DNA of 64,000 nt, taken from Eutreptiella sp. 'Long Island Sound 2002' (lineage: Eukaryota; Protista; Euglenida). Under the pieces are notes generated by a model that searched no databases, was not told the origin of the DNA, and worked only from the letters and a program-made list of their open reading frames with translations. The position numbers were made by a program, and so were the translations under genes. Below are positions 38,292 to 49,646 of the stretch, one piece after another (the stretch's first letter is position 1; each line of letters starts with the position of its first letter). Location: assembly GCA_964036045.1 (NCBI GenBank), contig OZ038378.1, positions 127,348,001-127,412,000 on the forward strand, in the 5' to 3' direction.

Positions 38292-39329
38292 GGCATGGTG
38301 CGGAATCCACCCGAGTTTCGGGTTGTCAATATGGCTCGAACCCGGACTTTCATGTGTTACATGGGTGCACTATGATGCATCATTGTGCCGTCCATGTCTC
38401 GTTTGCTCGGTATTGCACGTTTTGCATTTTTTGCGATTTGGTCCTTTTGTGCTCTAACTAGTTACAACGGGGTTAGAGCACTAATTATCGGGGGGGTTAT
38501 CGCGCGATACCCTAGGTCTGGCGCTAGTTATCGCTCAAAAACTAGTTACTGTGCGAGCCATCGCGGATGTTGTTGCGCTTCGTTTGCTCTTGTTCCATGT
38601 TTCCGCTCTTCGCCTTAGCTCTCAAATTATTTACTATGGCCGGGGCTGCTGCCCACGCTCGGCGAGAGCACCATAAAAAGCTCCTTGGAATTTGTCGCCT
38701 TGGCTGACCTGAGGGGTTTGCAATGGCTGTCACCCAAGTGAGGCCCTCAGGCTTCTTGTAGCGCTGATGTGCCAAGCTCAGTGGAAGAGATGCAACAGAG
38801 TGCCACAGCCATGTGTTTGGGTGAACCGGCCACACCAGAGAAAGCGGGTGTACTAGTTTATAATGTGAATACTCCGGTAGCTGAAGATTTTGACTTACAG
38901 TTCAATAGCGACGCGGAGTTTGTGTGTTCTATGAAATAAGGTATATACGTCTCATCTGACATGGAATGCTAAGCCATGTCCATTTTAGACATGTTGTATG
39001 TTTGTGCACACCCTCCCTCCTGCCTTATTGCCAACACACCACAATTGTGTTTTGGTTGAGCAGCATGTGGATTGCCTTTAGCCTTTAGCCACAATAAGCG
39101 ACATGACAAGAAGAAGCGGCACCCTGCGGCGCCATGCAGAGAACATAGAAGGGCAGGCGCCTCAAGGCGCCATGTCAGTATGCAGCTATGTGGCGGCGGT
39201 TTGCGGCGCCGTGTTGTGTAAATCCTCGCCTTCGGCTCGTTGTATCAATCATTTTCGTATCATACGTGACCACAGGGACTGATTTGGATTGAATGATTTG
39301 TGAGGCCATACAGGTCAGAACCAAGACCT

Positions 39330-40480
39330 CTTGGATCTGCTCGATATGCTACGCAGTACCCAACTACATTGTCAAAACCCGATGGACACAATCGTCCAAC
39401 CTCAACCAAAATGGGCCGACCTCGGACGAAATCGTCCGAGTCTGGACAACGTCGTCCAACCATGGACAAAATCGTCCAACCTCGGACAAAATTGTCCTAG
39501 CTTGGACAAAATCGTCCGACCACAGACAAAATCGTCTGACCTCGAACCGAATCGTGCTAGTTTCGACGGAATTCTCGGACTTCGGACACAATCGTCCAAC
39601 CTCGGACAAAATCGTCCCACCTCGAACAAAATTGTCCAAGTCTAGACAAAATCGACCGACGACGGACAAAATTGTCCGACTTGGGACAAAATTGTCCCAG
39701 TTTGGAGAAAATCGTTCAAGTGGTGCGACCTCGGAAACAATCGTGCCACCTCAGACAAAATTGTCCCAGTTTGGACAAAATGGTCAGCCGACGGACAAAC
39801 TCGTCCGACCTCGGACAAAATCATCCGACCATAGACAAAAACGTGCGACCTCAGACAAAATGGTGCCACCTCAGACAAAATCGTCCGACCTTTGACAAAA
39901 TTGTCCCAAATTGGACAAAATCGTCAGCTCACGGACAAAATCGCCCGACTTCCGACACAATGGTCCGACCTCTGACAAAATGGTCGGACCTCGGACAAAA
40001 TCGTCTGACGTCCGCCACAACCATCCGACCCCGGACAAAATTGTCCCGGTTTGAACAAAATCATCCCACCACGGAGAAGATCATCGGACCTTAGACAGAA
40101 TGGTCCGACCTCGAACACAATGGCCTCACCTCGGACAAAATGATCCCACATTGGACAAACCGTCCAACGTGGGCCCAAATCATCCAACGACGGACAAAAT
40201 CATGCCACCTTGGACAAAATTGTGCTACCTCAGACAAAATCATCCCACCTCGGACAAAATCTGTGGACCTTCGACAAAATCGTCCCACCTCGGAACAAAT
40301 CGTCCGACCTCGGACAAAATTTTCTCCATTTGGGCAAAATCATTCGACCACGAAAAAAATGTCCGTCCTGAGACACAATGGTCGGAGCTCGGACAAAATG
40401 GTTTGGCGTCGGACAAAAACGTCTGAGTTTGGACAAAAGCGTCCGCCTCGGCCAAAATCATCCAACCACGGACAAAACCG
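39330..40480. repeat. Degenerate 20-bp satellite (about 55 units), consensus TCGGACAAAATCGTCCGACC, each unit a dyad
   Basis: The 20-nt register is visible at 39421-39480 and 39811-39890. TCGGAC and GTCCGA are reverse complements. Confidence 0.95.
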
Positions 40481-40552
40481 CACCACCATCGCGCGTTGCT
40501 TGCTACATCCACTACTAGGTGCTCAAAATTTTGTACTCCAGAGCAATCATTG

Positions 40553-41190
40553 ACTTGAATTTTCTAGGTTGGTTGCCGGGTATCTCCTTAATTTATGGCG
40601 TGGGCCACCCCTACGAACATGTTTGCAATATCATCTGCCGTAAATTCTTTCCTCTGTTTCTGTTCATAACCACTCCCGTGTTTGGGCCCGGTGCACGCAT
40701 ATACAACCACCCCAAACTTATTGTCATCGACAAAACTCTCGCTGCGCTCCTTCTCGCAGTCCCAAACATACGGGCACAACTTCGGCAGAACATTGCCCTG
40801 TTTGAGGGACGTGCCGCCCAAGCAGCCCTAAAGATACAGGATGGGTTGCGCATGCTTCGGGGCCTAGAGGCTTTCCTTGATTATTACCTTCCTGCCATCT
40901 TTGTAGTGGGACACTTAGTGCGTAGTTGCATTTCGGTTGGGTGCGCCAACGGGTATGGTATAGTAGCCACGTGTTTACTTCAGCGCTGTGTGGGTCTACT
41001 TGTTGACCTTGCCGGTCTAGTTGCATCGCAAATGGACGATGTCCGCACTACATGCTGTGCACTTGTGTACAATACGCAATGCCACGACAACGCGCCCGGT
41101 GCCGCTCATGTGCAGGAATGTTGTGAGGCCCTGCTCGCAAAATTGCCGGCACGGTGCAAGAAACACCCCGACAAGCACACAACCGATTAG
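40553..41190 (+). pseudogene. Unclassified transposase-like C-terminal fragment
   Basis: An open ~210-aa frame contains LPGISLIYGVGHPY and HVQECCEALLAKL (possible His and Glu motifs). Family assignment is by pattern only. Confidence 0.3.
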
Positions 41191-42737
41191 GGTGGTGACC
41201 TTTTCCGCACCATGCTCCCCCGCCAGGGGGCACGTGCAACGGAGTCCCTCTCCAAAAGGGTGTGTGTAGAGGGGCGGGACACGATATGGGCACTGACGCG
41301 TGCTGCAGGACAGGAGGAGCATTTCAACGTGTGATGGTCCTCGGGTCCACTCACTGTGATTCAGGCAGATAGAGACACAATATATGCGGTCCCCAAAGAG
41401 GGAACCGGGGGTACCCTAACTGTTGTGTCTATGAATCCCATTCTAAAGTGTTCTCTGCGTACCCTGGTAGGCGGACAACGGCTCCGTGATGATGCCATGG
41501 ATTACATGCGGCAACACATCCCACTTAGGCCACCTGTGAACCGCTGCGAGGGCCGGTGAGCTGTAGAAACGATTGGTTTCATACCAATTGCAATGGAGCA
41601 CATTGTTCGTGCAGCGCCAAGTGCAATCTTCATGGATCATGTGTGCGCCCCCCCTGAGGATGGTGTGCCTGTGATTAAGGCCAGGGATACTATCAATGTT
41701 GACGCGCTCTCTGATGGCCCTGTACCTGTTATGCTCAGTGAGGAGTTGCGTGAATTTGACCTGAAAGATTCAGACCGAGCACGAGGGCGTTTGCAATGTA
41801 AACCCCCCCCCCCCGAGACATCCCCAGACAGCATTTTGATGTGTACACTCCTATTATTGTGTTCGCCTAAGTGTCTGGGCTGTGCAGAGCCCACCTTTGT
41901 CCAACACTCAGTTTTAAGGGGTTGTTTTATTGTTTCTTGTTGCTTTGGGCCCTTCAGAGCCTAGCTTGTCACGATTGCCCAATACGTACCAACATTTGGT
42001 CGTTTTCTGTTTCCTTCTTGGGGCTGGGCCAGTCCTGGACCATGCGATCGATCACCAGTGCTTTCATCTGTGCACACATCTCCTTGCTTTCGTATAGTAG
42101 TTTGCACCCGCTGCGACAGCTTGTGTGACCCTCGAAGAGGTGTGATTGGCATTGCTGCACTGATACGCTGTTACGATGTTTGACGGTCAAATTCCATAGT
42201 GAGGGTTGGCTGTGATGTTGCAGGCGAGTTGGACAGACCCAATTTTTCTGTTACGCTGTATCTGTGTGGCTGAGGGACGTTTTGGTGGGCCTTTTTCATG
42301 CTGTGACCATGAACTGGCACTAGCAATGCATTTGAGACGTTTCTGCAGCGATTAGCTATTTTGAAGGCAATTTTGCCTATTTCAACCACTCGGGGTGCCG
42401 AATTGAATGCTTGGTTCGGGCTAATTTGGTTTCCAAATCTGCCATTTGCCATCATTGATGCTTCGAAGTGTGTGACTGTTGTAATGTTTTTACTGACCTG
42501 ATTTGTCCTATAAAGTCCGTGGGATTCTGAGACATCTGTGACATACCAAACGACATTGCCATAGATTGCAACCTTGGTGCGACATCAGCGTTGGACACAC
42601 GGGAAGCCCAGAAAGTAGACACACTGCAACCAGAGCCCCCCATGGGGGAAGCTGTATAGGGCAGCGCTGTTGCTGGGGCCAGATAAGCCAGTCAATCTCC
42701 CTCTCAAAAGGGGAACAAGTGTCGTGTCACACAAAAA

Positions 42738-43716
42738 ATGGGTAGTATCAAGGACCCGACAAGTGTACTGGCCATTGCAAATTACGTGGAGTTGCGCCGG
42801 ACCAAAGTGAATCGCATGGAATGGAACATTGACAGGACCATGGAATATGGGCAATCACGGCTCATCGATTGGGACCACATGGCAAAGGTAAAGGAGGTCC
42901 TACTTGGAAACCCCCTCGATGGCCGCCTGCAGCTTCTCGTCTGGGACGACAAAGGTATGGGAATGCCGCTTCGCAATTCGATCAACGTAGTGGGCGTACT
43001 TTGCCTACCGTGTGTGATGTGGCATGCTGTTGTAATCAGTGGGAGTGCCGCCGGTCATGGGAGGCCAACAGGGCGTTGCGGCATGTGATTAAGTTTGCCA
43101 AGATGTAACAGCAAGCATGGGCGAGGTCGAGGACCCGGTGACCAATTTCGACTTGAGCATCCGCAAGTTTGATACATCCGTTGAGATCAGGCGAACGTTG
43201 CCCCGACAACATAATAGGGCGCAACACAGTGAACGTGAGATCATTGTACCCCAACTGTTGAATAATTTCCTACATTTGGTGGTTGAGGACACGCAATGTA
43301 AGAAGACAGTTGTCACCTTGATGTGTGAGGCAATTGGGGAGGCGGGACTGACCGCAAAGTCCACCAACAGGGAGACAATCTTCAAGCAAATGTAGCCAGT
43401 TGCCCATATGGCCTTACGTGTGGTACCGCCTTCACAGAGGCACTCACCAAGATGGTGGAACGGAAGCAGGTGATTGCAGCTTATACCGTGCGATGCTTTA
43501 CTGGTATGCAACCCGAAAATTTGTGGCGCGTATGCCTACATGGCCTCGCCAAAGACTACAGTACCAGGCTTCCACAAGCTGGCAAAGGAGCTCCCCGCTA
43601 GGGAATTGTGGTGGTATCATTTTGGTCATTGCAACATAACGGTTGAGCGCATCCACCCTTCAACACGTATGCTATTGTTTGGTAAGCCCGTTGCCTTTCA
43701 TTGTGAGACATTGTAA
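42738..43716 (+). pseudogene. Spliced ParB/Srx-like domain relic
   Basis: YGQSRLIDWDHMAKVKEVLLGNP..LLVWDDK. A GT..AG intron at 42955-43039 joins this in frame to MGGQQGVAAC (GGxH-like) and on to RRTLPRQHNRAQH. One TAA remains. Confidence 0.38.
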
Positions 43717-43809
43717 TGCAACTCTGTTTCAATGGGCCGCTGCGACAGGGAGCCTAGTTGAAGTGTAATGACCGATTGCAGTCTGACACCAAGCAATTTT
43801 AGTTTGGTG

Positions 43810-44580
43810 GACTCAGTAGAGCCAAGGATCCCATGGGTTGTAAATTGACTTAATTACAGACACACCGTGCCTGTTGGAACTTCCGCAACTTCACTGATGT
43901 TGACTGGTGCAACCTTGACTCATCATGTCTAAGGACCCCCCCCCCCCCAGACACCCCCTAATTCTCCGTTTTTTTCATGCTAGGCTCTCTAGAGCGCAGA
44001 TCAAGCACCTTGACCAATTTCAGTCGTCGTATTACCAATTACACAGTACTGGGCTCTGCAGAGCCTAGGATCCCATGGGATTCGAATTCACTTGATCTGC
44101 AAAGATGCTGTGCCTGGTGCAACTTCCGCAACTTCAGTGATGTTGACCGTTGCAGCCTTGCCGAATGGTGTCTAAGGACCGCCCCCCCCCTGAGACACCC
44201 CCTAGTTCTCCATTTTCTTCATGCTGGGATTCACAGAGCCCAGATCATGCACATTGACCAATTTCAGCTGTCATATTACCAGTTTGAGAGTACTAGGCTC
44301 TGCAAAGCCCACAATTCCATTGGATGCAAATTCACTGGATCTACAGAGACGTTGTGCCCGTTGGAACCGCCGCATCTTTGCTGATGTTGACTAGTGCAAC
44401 CCTGCCCGATGATGTCCAAGGACACCCCCCCCCCCCAGACACCCCCTAATTCTTCTTTTTTTTTTATCCCGGGCTTTGTAGAGCCCGGATCAAGCACATT
44501 GATCCATTTCAGCCGTTACATTAGCAATTTGAGAGTACTAGCCTCTGTAGAGCCTAGGATCCCAAGGGTTGCAACTTTAC
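43810..44580. repeat. About 3.3 tandem copies of a ~243-bp unit containing GGGCTCTRYAGAGCC palindromes
   Basis: The GAGCC anchor lies at ~43820, 44061, 44305 and 44550. Related motifs occur at 50460-50552, 51580-51598 and 51710-51728. Confidence 0.87.
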
Positions 44581-44779
44581 GTTGTGCTAGATCACTGTTA
44601 CTTGGTGGATCGGTGGATTGTGTTGCAACGTGCTCTACGCTATGGCTCCTGTGCACACAAGCACTGAGACTCAAGTGGCTCACATCTCGAAGAGGTTTAG
44701 TCACCGTTCGGCGAATGTTGGTGCATGGCAAGGGAGCTCGGACTACAGTGAGTCCACGCCATGGCCACTGCCCTAGGCG

Positions 44780-47700
44780 CTGTTGAAGGTACGTCCGTTG
44801 GTCAGTGATCGAGAAGATGTCGAAGCACATCGCACACTGCTTGTGAGACCAGTGTTGAACCCGGCTGTTGGGGTGTCTGGTGGCGAGGTGGCAAAGGTCA
44901 ATGCAAGGGCTAAGAATCTGGATAAATTTGGGCGTACGAGGGATCCGTTATTGCAGTGCCCAATGAGATCAAAATGTTGAATTGCAATCTTGTCATTGTC
45001 AAAGTCCCCCGGCTAGGAGCGTGGATCCCTGGTGCGCAGATCGTGCGTGTGTTGTCTCAAGGGGTACTTGGTGCCTTTCATGGATACCACGGACTTGGTG
45101 ACCGTGGAACAACACTTAGGTTTGCACTTGCAACATTTATACTCAATAGCTGGGCGCATGGCTGTGTACCATCCAGGACACAGAGAAGAACTATATTTGT
45201 TGGAGCATTCTACGTTGTTGCTTGTGAAGACCCATGGTCTGGGCCCTACTGTACCGCCCTTCCTCATGCAAAAGTCGTTCTCTGAAGGTCCGTGGCTGGG
45301 TTTGGCTATCCTGTGGTGGTTGGTGAAATGGCCGGAGGACCCCAACGATGACACTCACATCACGCACATGGATATGGATGCATCCCGCTGCTTGTGGGCA
45401 TTGTAATACGGCTGCCGCCCCGACCTGATTAGTCTGGGCTGTATTCACTTGCTTGTCCCGTTGAATTGTGCATGGGGTTTATTATGTGATGGTCCCTACA
45501 ATGGAGCTGATGTCGTGAACCCGTTGAAGACAAGCGTCCGGAAACGGGATACGGAGGAGGATGGAGTATCATGCACCGGGCAAGCACCAGCTAGTCGCTG
45601 TTCCAGCGGGAGGACTCCCTGGAACAGGCAGTTGAGGCGGACAGTGGTGAGGAAGAACTCGAGGAGGGGACAGATCCGCAAACCCCCAAACCGAAGGGGA
45701 AAACCGATGTATATTTTGGTCCCCGATTATGAATCTGACGGGAGTGTCTGGAGAAGAATGCGACCGCTACTTGCGCAGTCTCCCAATACCTTCCAAGGTG
45801 GAGGCGGCTTTGCCGCTGTTGTGGCGTCGACTCACGGAGGACTTGGTTCGGGAAGCACTACAAAAAATGCGCCCGTGTTCTTCGCCGGGCACTGACACAG
45901 TAGCGGCAGCGGTATATCAGTGTATGGGACCCCTCTTCGTACCTCGTATGCATGCCATCATTAAGCGTCCTTTGGAACGAGGAGCGGCGCTGGAAGGCTT
46001 GTCCACCACCATCTTGAAGTGCATACCCAAATCAATAACGTCGGAAACGGCGGCGGAGCAGAGGCCACTGGCCCTGCTAAATTGTAGCATTCAGTGGCTC
46101 ACGACGGTCTTTTGGCTGCAGCTGACCGACGTATTTTAGAAGTGACACCTGCAGCCCAGAAAGGGTTTTTGCCGGGGAGACAGATGGTTGAGCACACCAT
46201 AGCAGTAGTGGAGTTTTGGAACCAATCGAGTGATTGTATTCTTGTGGCAGTGAACTTCGCCAAAGCGTACGATTCTGTCCAGCACACCTTTGCAAGTGCT
46301 TTCCTGAGGTACCCGGGCGTTCTTGGCCAGTACATGGTGCTCTTGGTTGCTCTTATGTGCTCCCCTTTGGTAATCGAGGTATGCAGTGAGGTGCAGCCAG
46401 ACGTGGTGGTGCGGCTGGGATCGGGGGTTCGACAGGGGGACCCACTATCACCACCCCTTTTCTCGGTGCTGACATTGGCCCTCTTCTATGCCATCAAGAG
46501 ACTGCACTGCCAGGTTGAGGTTTTGTTGTATGCAGATGATATTCCTGATGATCAGAGGCAGCGGAAGCAGGGCACGGGCCGACGTCTGGGCGGTAATGTA
46601 CGAGTTATCTGTGTACGGCTACTTTTTGGGGCTGTAGATGAATCATCAAAAAACGTATGCTCTGGTCAAAGCTTCAGCGGGACGGGCACCGAAGACAATT
46701 GCAGGAATAGAGGTCACGAAGTCCTTGAGGTACCTGGGAGTGCAGCTGGGACACTTGACTGTGGAACAGGCATATGGCGCGGTAATTGCCAAGATGCTCT
46801 TACGAGCCCGGTACATCTCGACCCTTCCCCTAACGCTAGGGGAGAAGGCTTCTGTACTGAAAATTTGGGCTGCGCTGTGCGTTTACCTCACTGCGAAGGT
46901 CTACTATCCTTCACCCTCAGTCGTCCAGCAACTCAACGCAATACAGTCCGTTGCTCTTGGCCTGAACAGTTGGGGTCTTACAAGTGGCATCCTGGCAGAA
47001 CCGGCGGCCATGGGAGGTATAGCGTTGGCCCCCCTTGGCTCTTACGCTTTGTGGACCCACTCATAGGGTTTTGTGCAACATGTGCGTGGTACCACCCCGG
47101 GAGGGGTTCGCTCCGTGGTCCAGTTTGAGCACTGGGCGCGTTCGGTGGGGATGGTGCTTACGCCCGACATGCTTCCGTATATTCGACTGGCTCCAAGGAC
47201 ACTTCAGCCCCCGGGTCATCTGCGCACCTCGTGTATAGCATACTCTCGGTTGCTTCGGCGGTTCGTAGCGCCGCCACGTCCACCAAGCGGACGAGAGGCC
47301 CAATTAGGAGTATGGCACTCCTCCTGATTCACGGACTCCAAAGGACGATCGGCAGCCCCAACGAAATTGGTGCGTTGTTGATTTGCCTCTTGGCGTGAGG
47401 TTTTCAGCGACGGGTATTTGCGGCTGGATGTGTCACAACAGCTGAAGCCACACTAGCGACTGATTCTTGCCTCTGCGGGATGTGCAGTACACTCAGTCCA
47501 GTCGGGCCTTGCGGAGTGGAGGCAGCGGGCTCCTTGCGACATGGGGTCTTGGCCAGTTAAGTGGAAGTCTCAGAACGTCTTAGTTGCAATTTCGCGGGGC
47601 GCGGCGCCACTAGTCGTTGGCATCGGTTCGCGGACGTGGGGGCTGTTTCGCAAGTTGCGGATCCCAGGATGGGATTACGATTTCGTTCGCTGCGCTCTTT

Positions 47701-48050
47701 GGCCAAAATTGGCAGTAGCCAGCCGACTAGTGGCTATGACACGCTGTTCTAAATGTGCGTTTCACGGCAAGGACGAGACTCACGCTCACGTGTTTGGGGA
47801 ATGCCGCTTCGGACAGTTCGTGCACGAAGCATTTAGGTAACCACTATGCCACACTGCCTCCCATACCATGGAGTCGGATACTACGGTACAACGACAAGTA
47901 AATACCCATGAAAACACAACAAATAGGAAGGTCGAAGACCACACTGAATCTCCTTTAGCATGCGCCCAAGCGAAGCGCGGGAAGGGTTGGAAGGTCAGGC
48001 GGTGGAGTTGCCCTCTGTGTGTTACGGCTTTCTGTGTTAAGGCTTTCTGC
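44780..48050 (+). mobile_element. Non-LTR retrotransposon (LINE), frameshifted RT with C-terminal CCHC finger
   Basis: Motifs are SSPGTD, QRPLALLN, QKGFLPGR, VNFAKAYDSV, GVRQGDPLSP, LYADD (46526-46540), RYLGVQL and CSKCAFHGKDETHAHVFGEC. The 5' boundary is approximate. Confidence 0.92.
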
Positions 48051-48100
48051 GTTTGTGCGGCGACAACCCGTCTGTACCCAGAAATCGAGCCAAAAATCGC

Positions 48101-49378
48101 TCATACTCGTTCCCTGATCTCCCGCCACTCGTGTAGTCCTCGCTCCCAGTTCGCAGAATCTCTGGTCCCGCCATTAGATGACGCTCCCGCCTCCCGTGCA
48201 TTGTCATTTTCTACGCTGATGAGACTCCTGTCACTGCTCGTATACTCAGTCTCCTCCCCCCCTTCCACGTCTCCCCCCGGCTCACTTAAATCCCAGGAAC
48301 AATGAGAAGGCAAGTCCGTCTCCTGGCGCGTCAAACCATCATCAAAGGCAGGCCTCTTAGCAAACAGAGTCAAATTGTACAGGTGGGCCAGGCGGCCTTG
48401 CTCAGCTAACTGGTCAGCGCCCTCGTTTCCCACTATCCCTACGTGTGAAGGAACCCAGATGAAAGGTGCGGTCTGTTGGTGACGCCGCATTTGGGCTAAA
48501 ACAGGGATCCAGAGATCGCAGTGCGAAACTGCCCCCGAAGACGACCGCCAACCCCCCTTTTCCCACTTGAGAATGTGCTTGGTCAACGCATCATACACGT
48601 ACTCTGCATCTACCACTATTGTCATCTTTTCAGAGTCCGACTTAGCCTCCAGGGCGCAGAGGACTGCCCTGACCTCCCCCCTGTTGTTGGACTGCGTTTC
48701 TCTAGGAACGTGGGCCCTGACATTTCGGGGGTGATGGTCGCCATAAAAGCAGCCGTATTCAGCCTGGTCCCAGCCCCCCACCCGCTTTGAAGAGCCATCA
48801 GTGAATACCACCGTGCACCCCCCTCTCTGTAGCTCGTCCACTTCCTTCAAGACTTTGGAGATGTGATCAGAGAACTTTTTGCTCTTCAAACTAGCGCGCT
48901 GAGCATCAGTCAAGGAAAGCAGATAGCGTGGCCCCTTCGGGACGTGCCAGTAGGCACCCAAGGACCCAGTGTCAATCCATGAATGAAGGTTAGACAACAA
49001 AGGGGATATAGATGATCGATGCACTGACATGTTGGTCGACTGGCGCCAAAACTCCAGCTTAGACATCCACTGAGCGACCATGGTGTGCAAGGAGACTGCT
49101 TGTTTCCCCAAAACGGCATGACATCGCTGAGACCAAGCAACCGACATTCCGGACCAGGTAAGAAGTCCCTGCGCAGTTGTAAGTGCCACCTCTTGCTTCT
49201 GCAAGAAATCACAGCTCAAATCGACGGAAGTGCCTTGTGGGTCCTGGGGGGTACCAAAGGTGTGCTTGCCATCGTCAACTGTCATCGCATACATCGCCGG
49301 TTCGAACCCGGCCTGTAGCAGTGCTCCCCCCCACCGGCCTCGCCTGACCGGGGACTGGGGCCCCTCCCGCTTTTGCAA
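48101..49378 (-). CDS. Ribonuclease HI domain ORF (retroelement-derived), all catalytic acidic residues present
   Basis: VFTDGSS, QSNNRGE, IVVDAEYV and WVPSHVGIVGNEGADQLA give the DEDD set plus His. The segment WSQRCHAVLGK..W upstream resembles a LINE C-terminal tail. The frame is 425 codons without a stop; the true start is uncertain. Confidence 0.9.
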   Translation of the reverse strand: MQKREGPQSPVRRGRWGGALLQAGFEPAMYAMTVDDGKHTFGTPQDPQGTSVDLSCDFLQKQEVALTTAQGLLTWSGMSVAWSQRCHAVLGKQAVSLHTMVAQWMSKLEFWRQSTNMSVHRSSISPLLSNLHSWIDTGSLGAYWHVPKGPRYLLSLTDAQRASLKSKKFSDHISKVLKEVDELQRGGCTVVFTDGSSKRVGGWDQAEYGCFYGDHHPRNVRAHVPRETQSNNRGEVRAVLCALEAKSDSEKMTIVVDAEYVYDALTKHILKWEKGGWRSSSGAVSHCDLWIPVLAQMRRHQQTAPFIWVPSHVGIVGNEGADQLAEQGRLAHLYNLTLFAKRPAFDDGLTRQETDLPSHCSWDLSEPGGDVEGGEETEYTSSDRSLISVENDNAREAGASSNGGTRDSANWERGLHEWREIRERV

Positions 49379-49560
49379 CTATTTTATTACTCTGCCCTCA
49401 TCAATTTTCATCTACCAGGCAGCATCAGAAATCATGTGCACACGGCCATATAGGAAAAATGTGCCCAGCCACGTGCAGCAGTGCGCCCCACCACCGCCCA
49501 CGCACGATGGGAGGCTGCCACCCCACCCGCTCCTTTGCCCGAGCCGCCGCTCCGCTTGAG

Positions 49561-49646
49561 TGGCGCCCCGGGCAGTGGGGTTCGAACCTAGGACCAGTGA
49601 CGCTGGAGTCCAGGGTGCTTCCACTGAAGCACATGGCACTGCACCC
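49561..49646 (-). other. tRNA-derived (Gln-like) SINE-type head, anticodon loop deleted
   Basis: The minus strand reads GCTTCAGTGGAAGCACCCTGGACTCCAGCG..GGTTCGAACCC..GGCGCCA, with a D-arm, a B-box and a CCA end. It resembles tRNA-Gln AGCACTCTGGACTCTGAATCCAGCG lacking CTGAAT. Confidence 0.5.

Noticed and set aside
39293-40553. Many overlapping ORFs over the 20-bp array as repeat proteins
   Set aside because: The unit is 20 bp, so the frame rotates each unit. The ORFs are a by-product of a stop-poor satellite.
49561-49646. Functional tRNA gene
   Set aside because: The anticodon loop is deleted, the variable region is expanded and the acceptor stem is poor. It is kept only as a tRNA-derived head.
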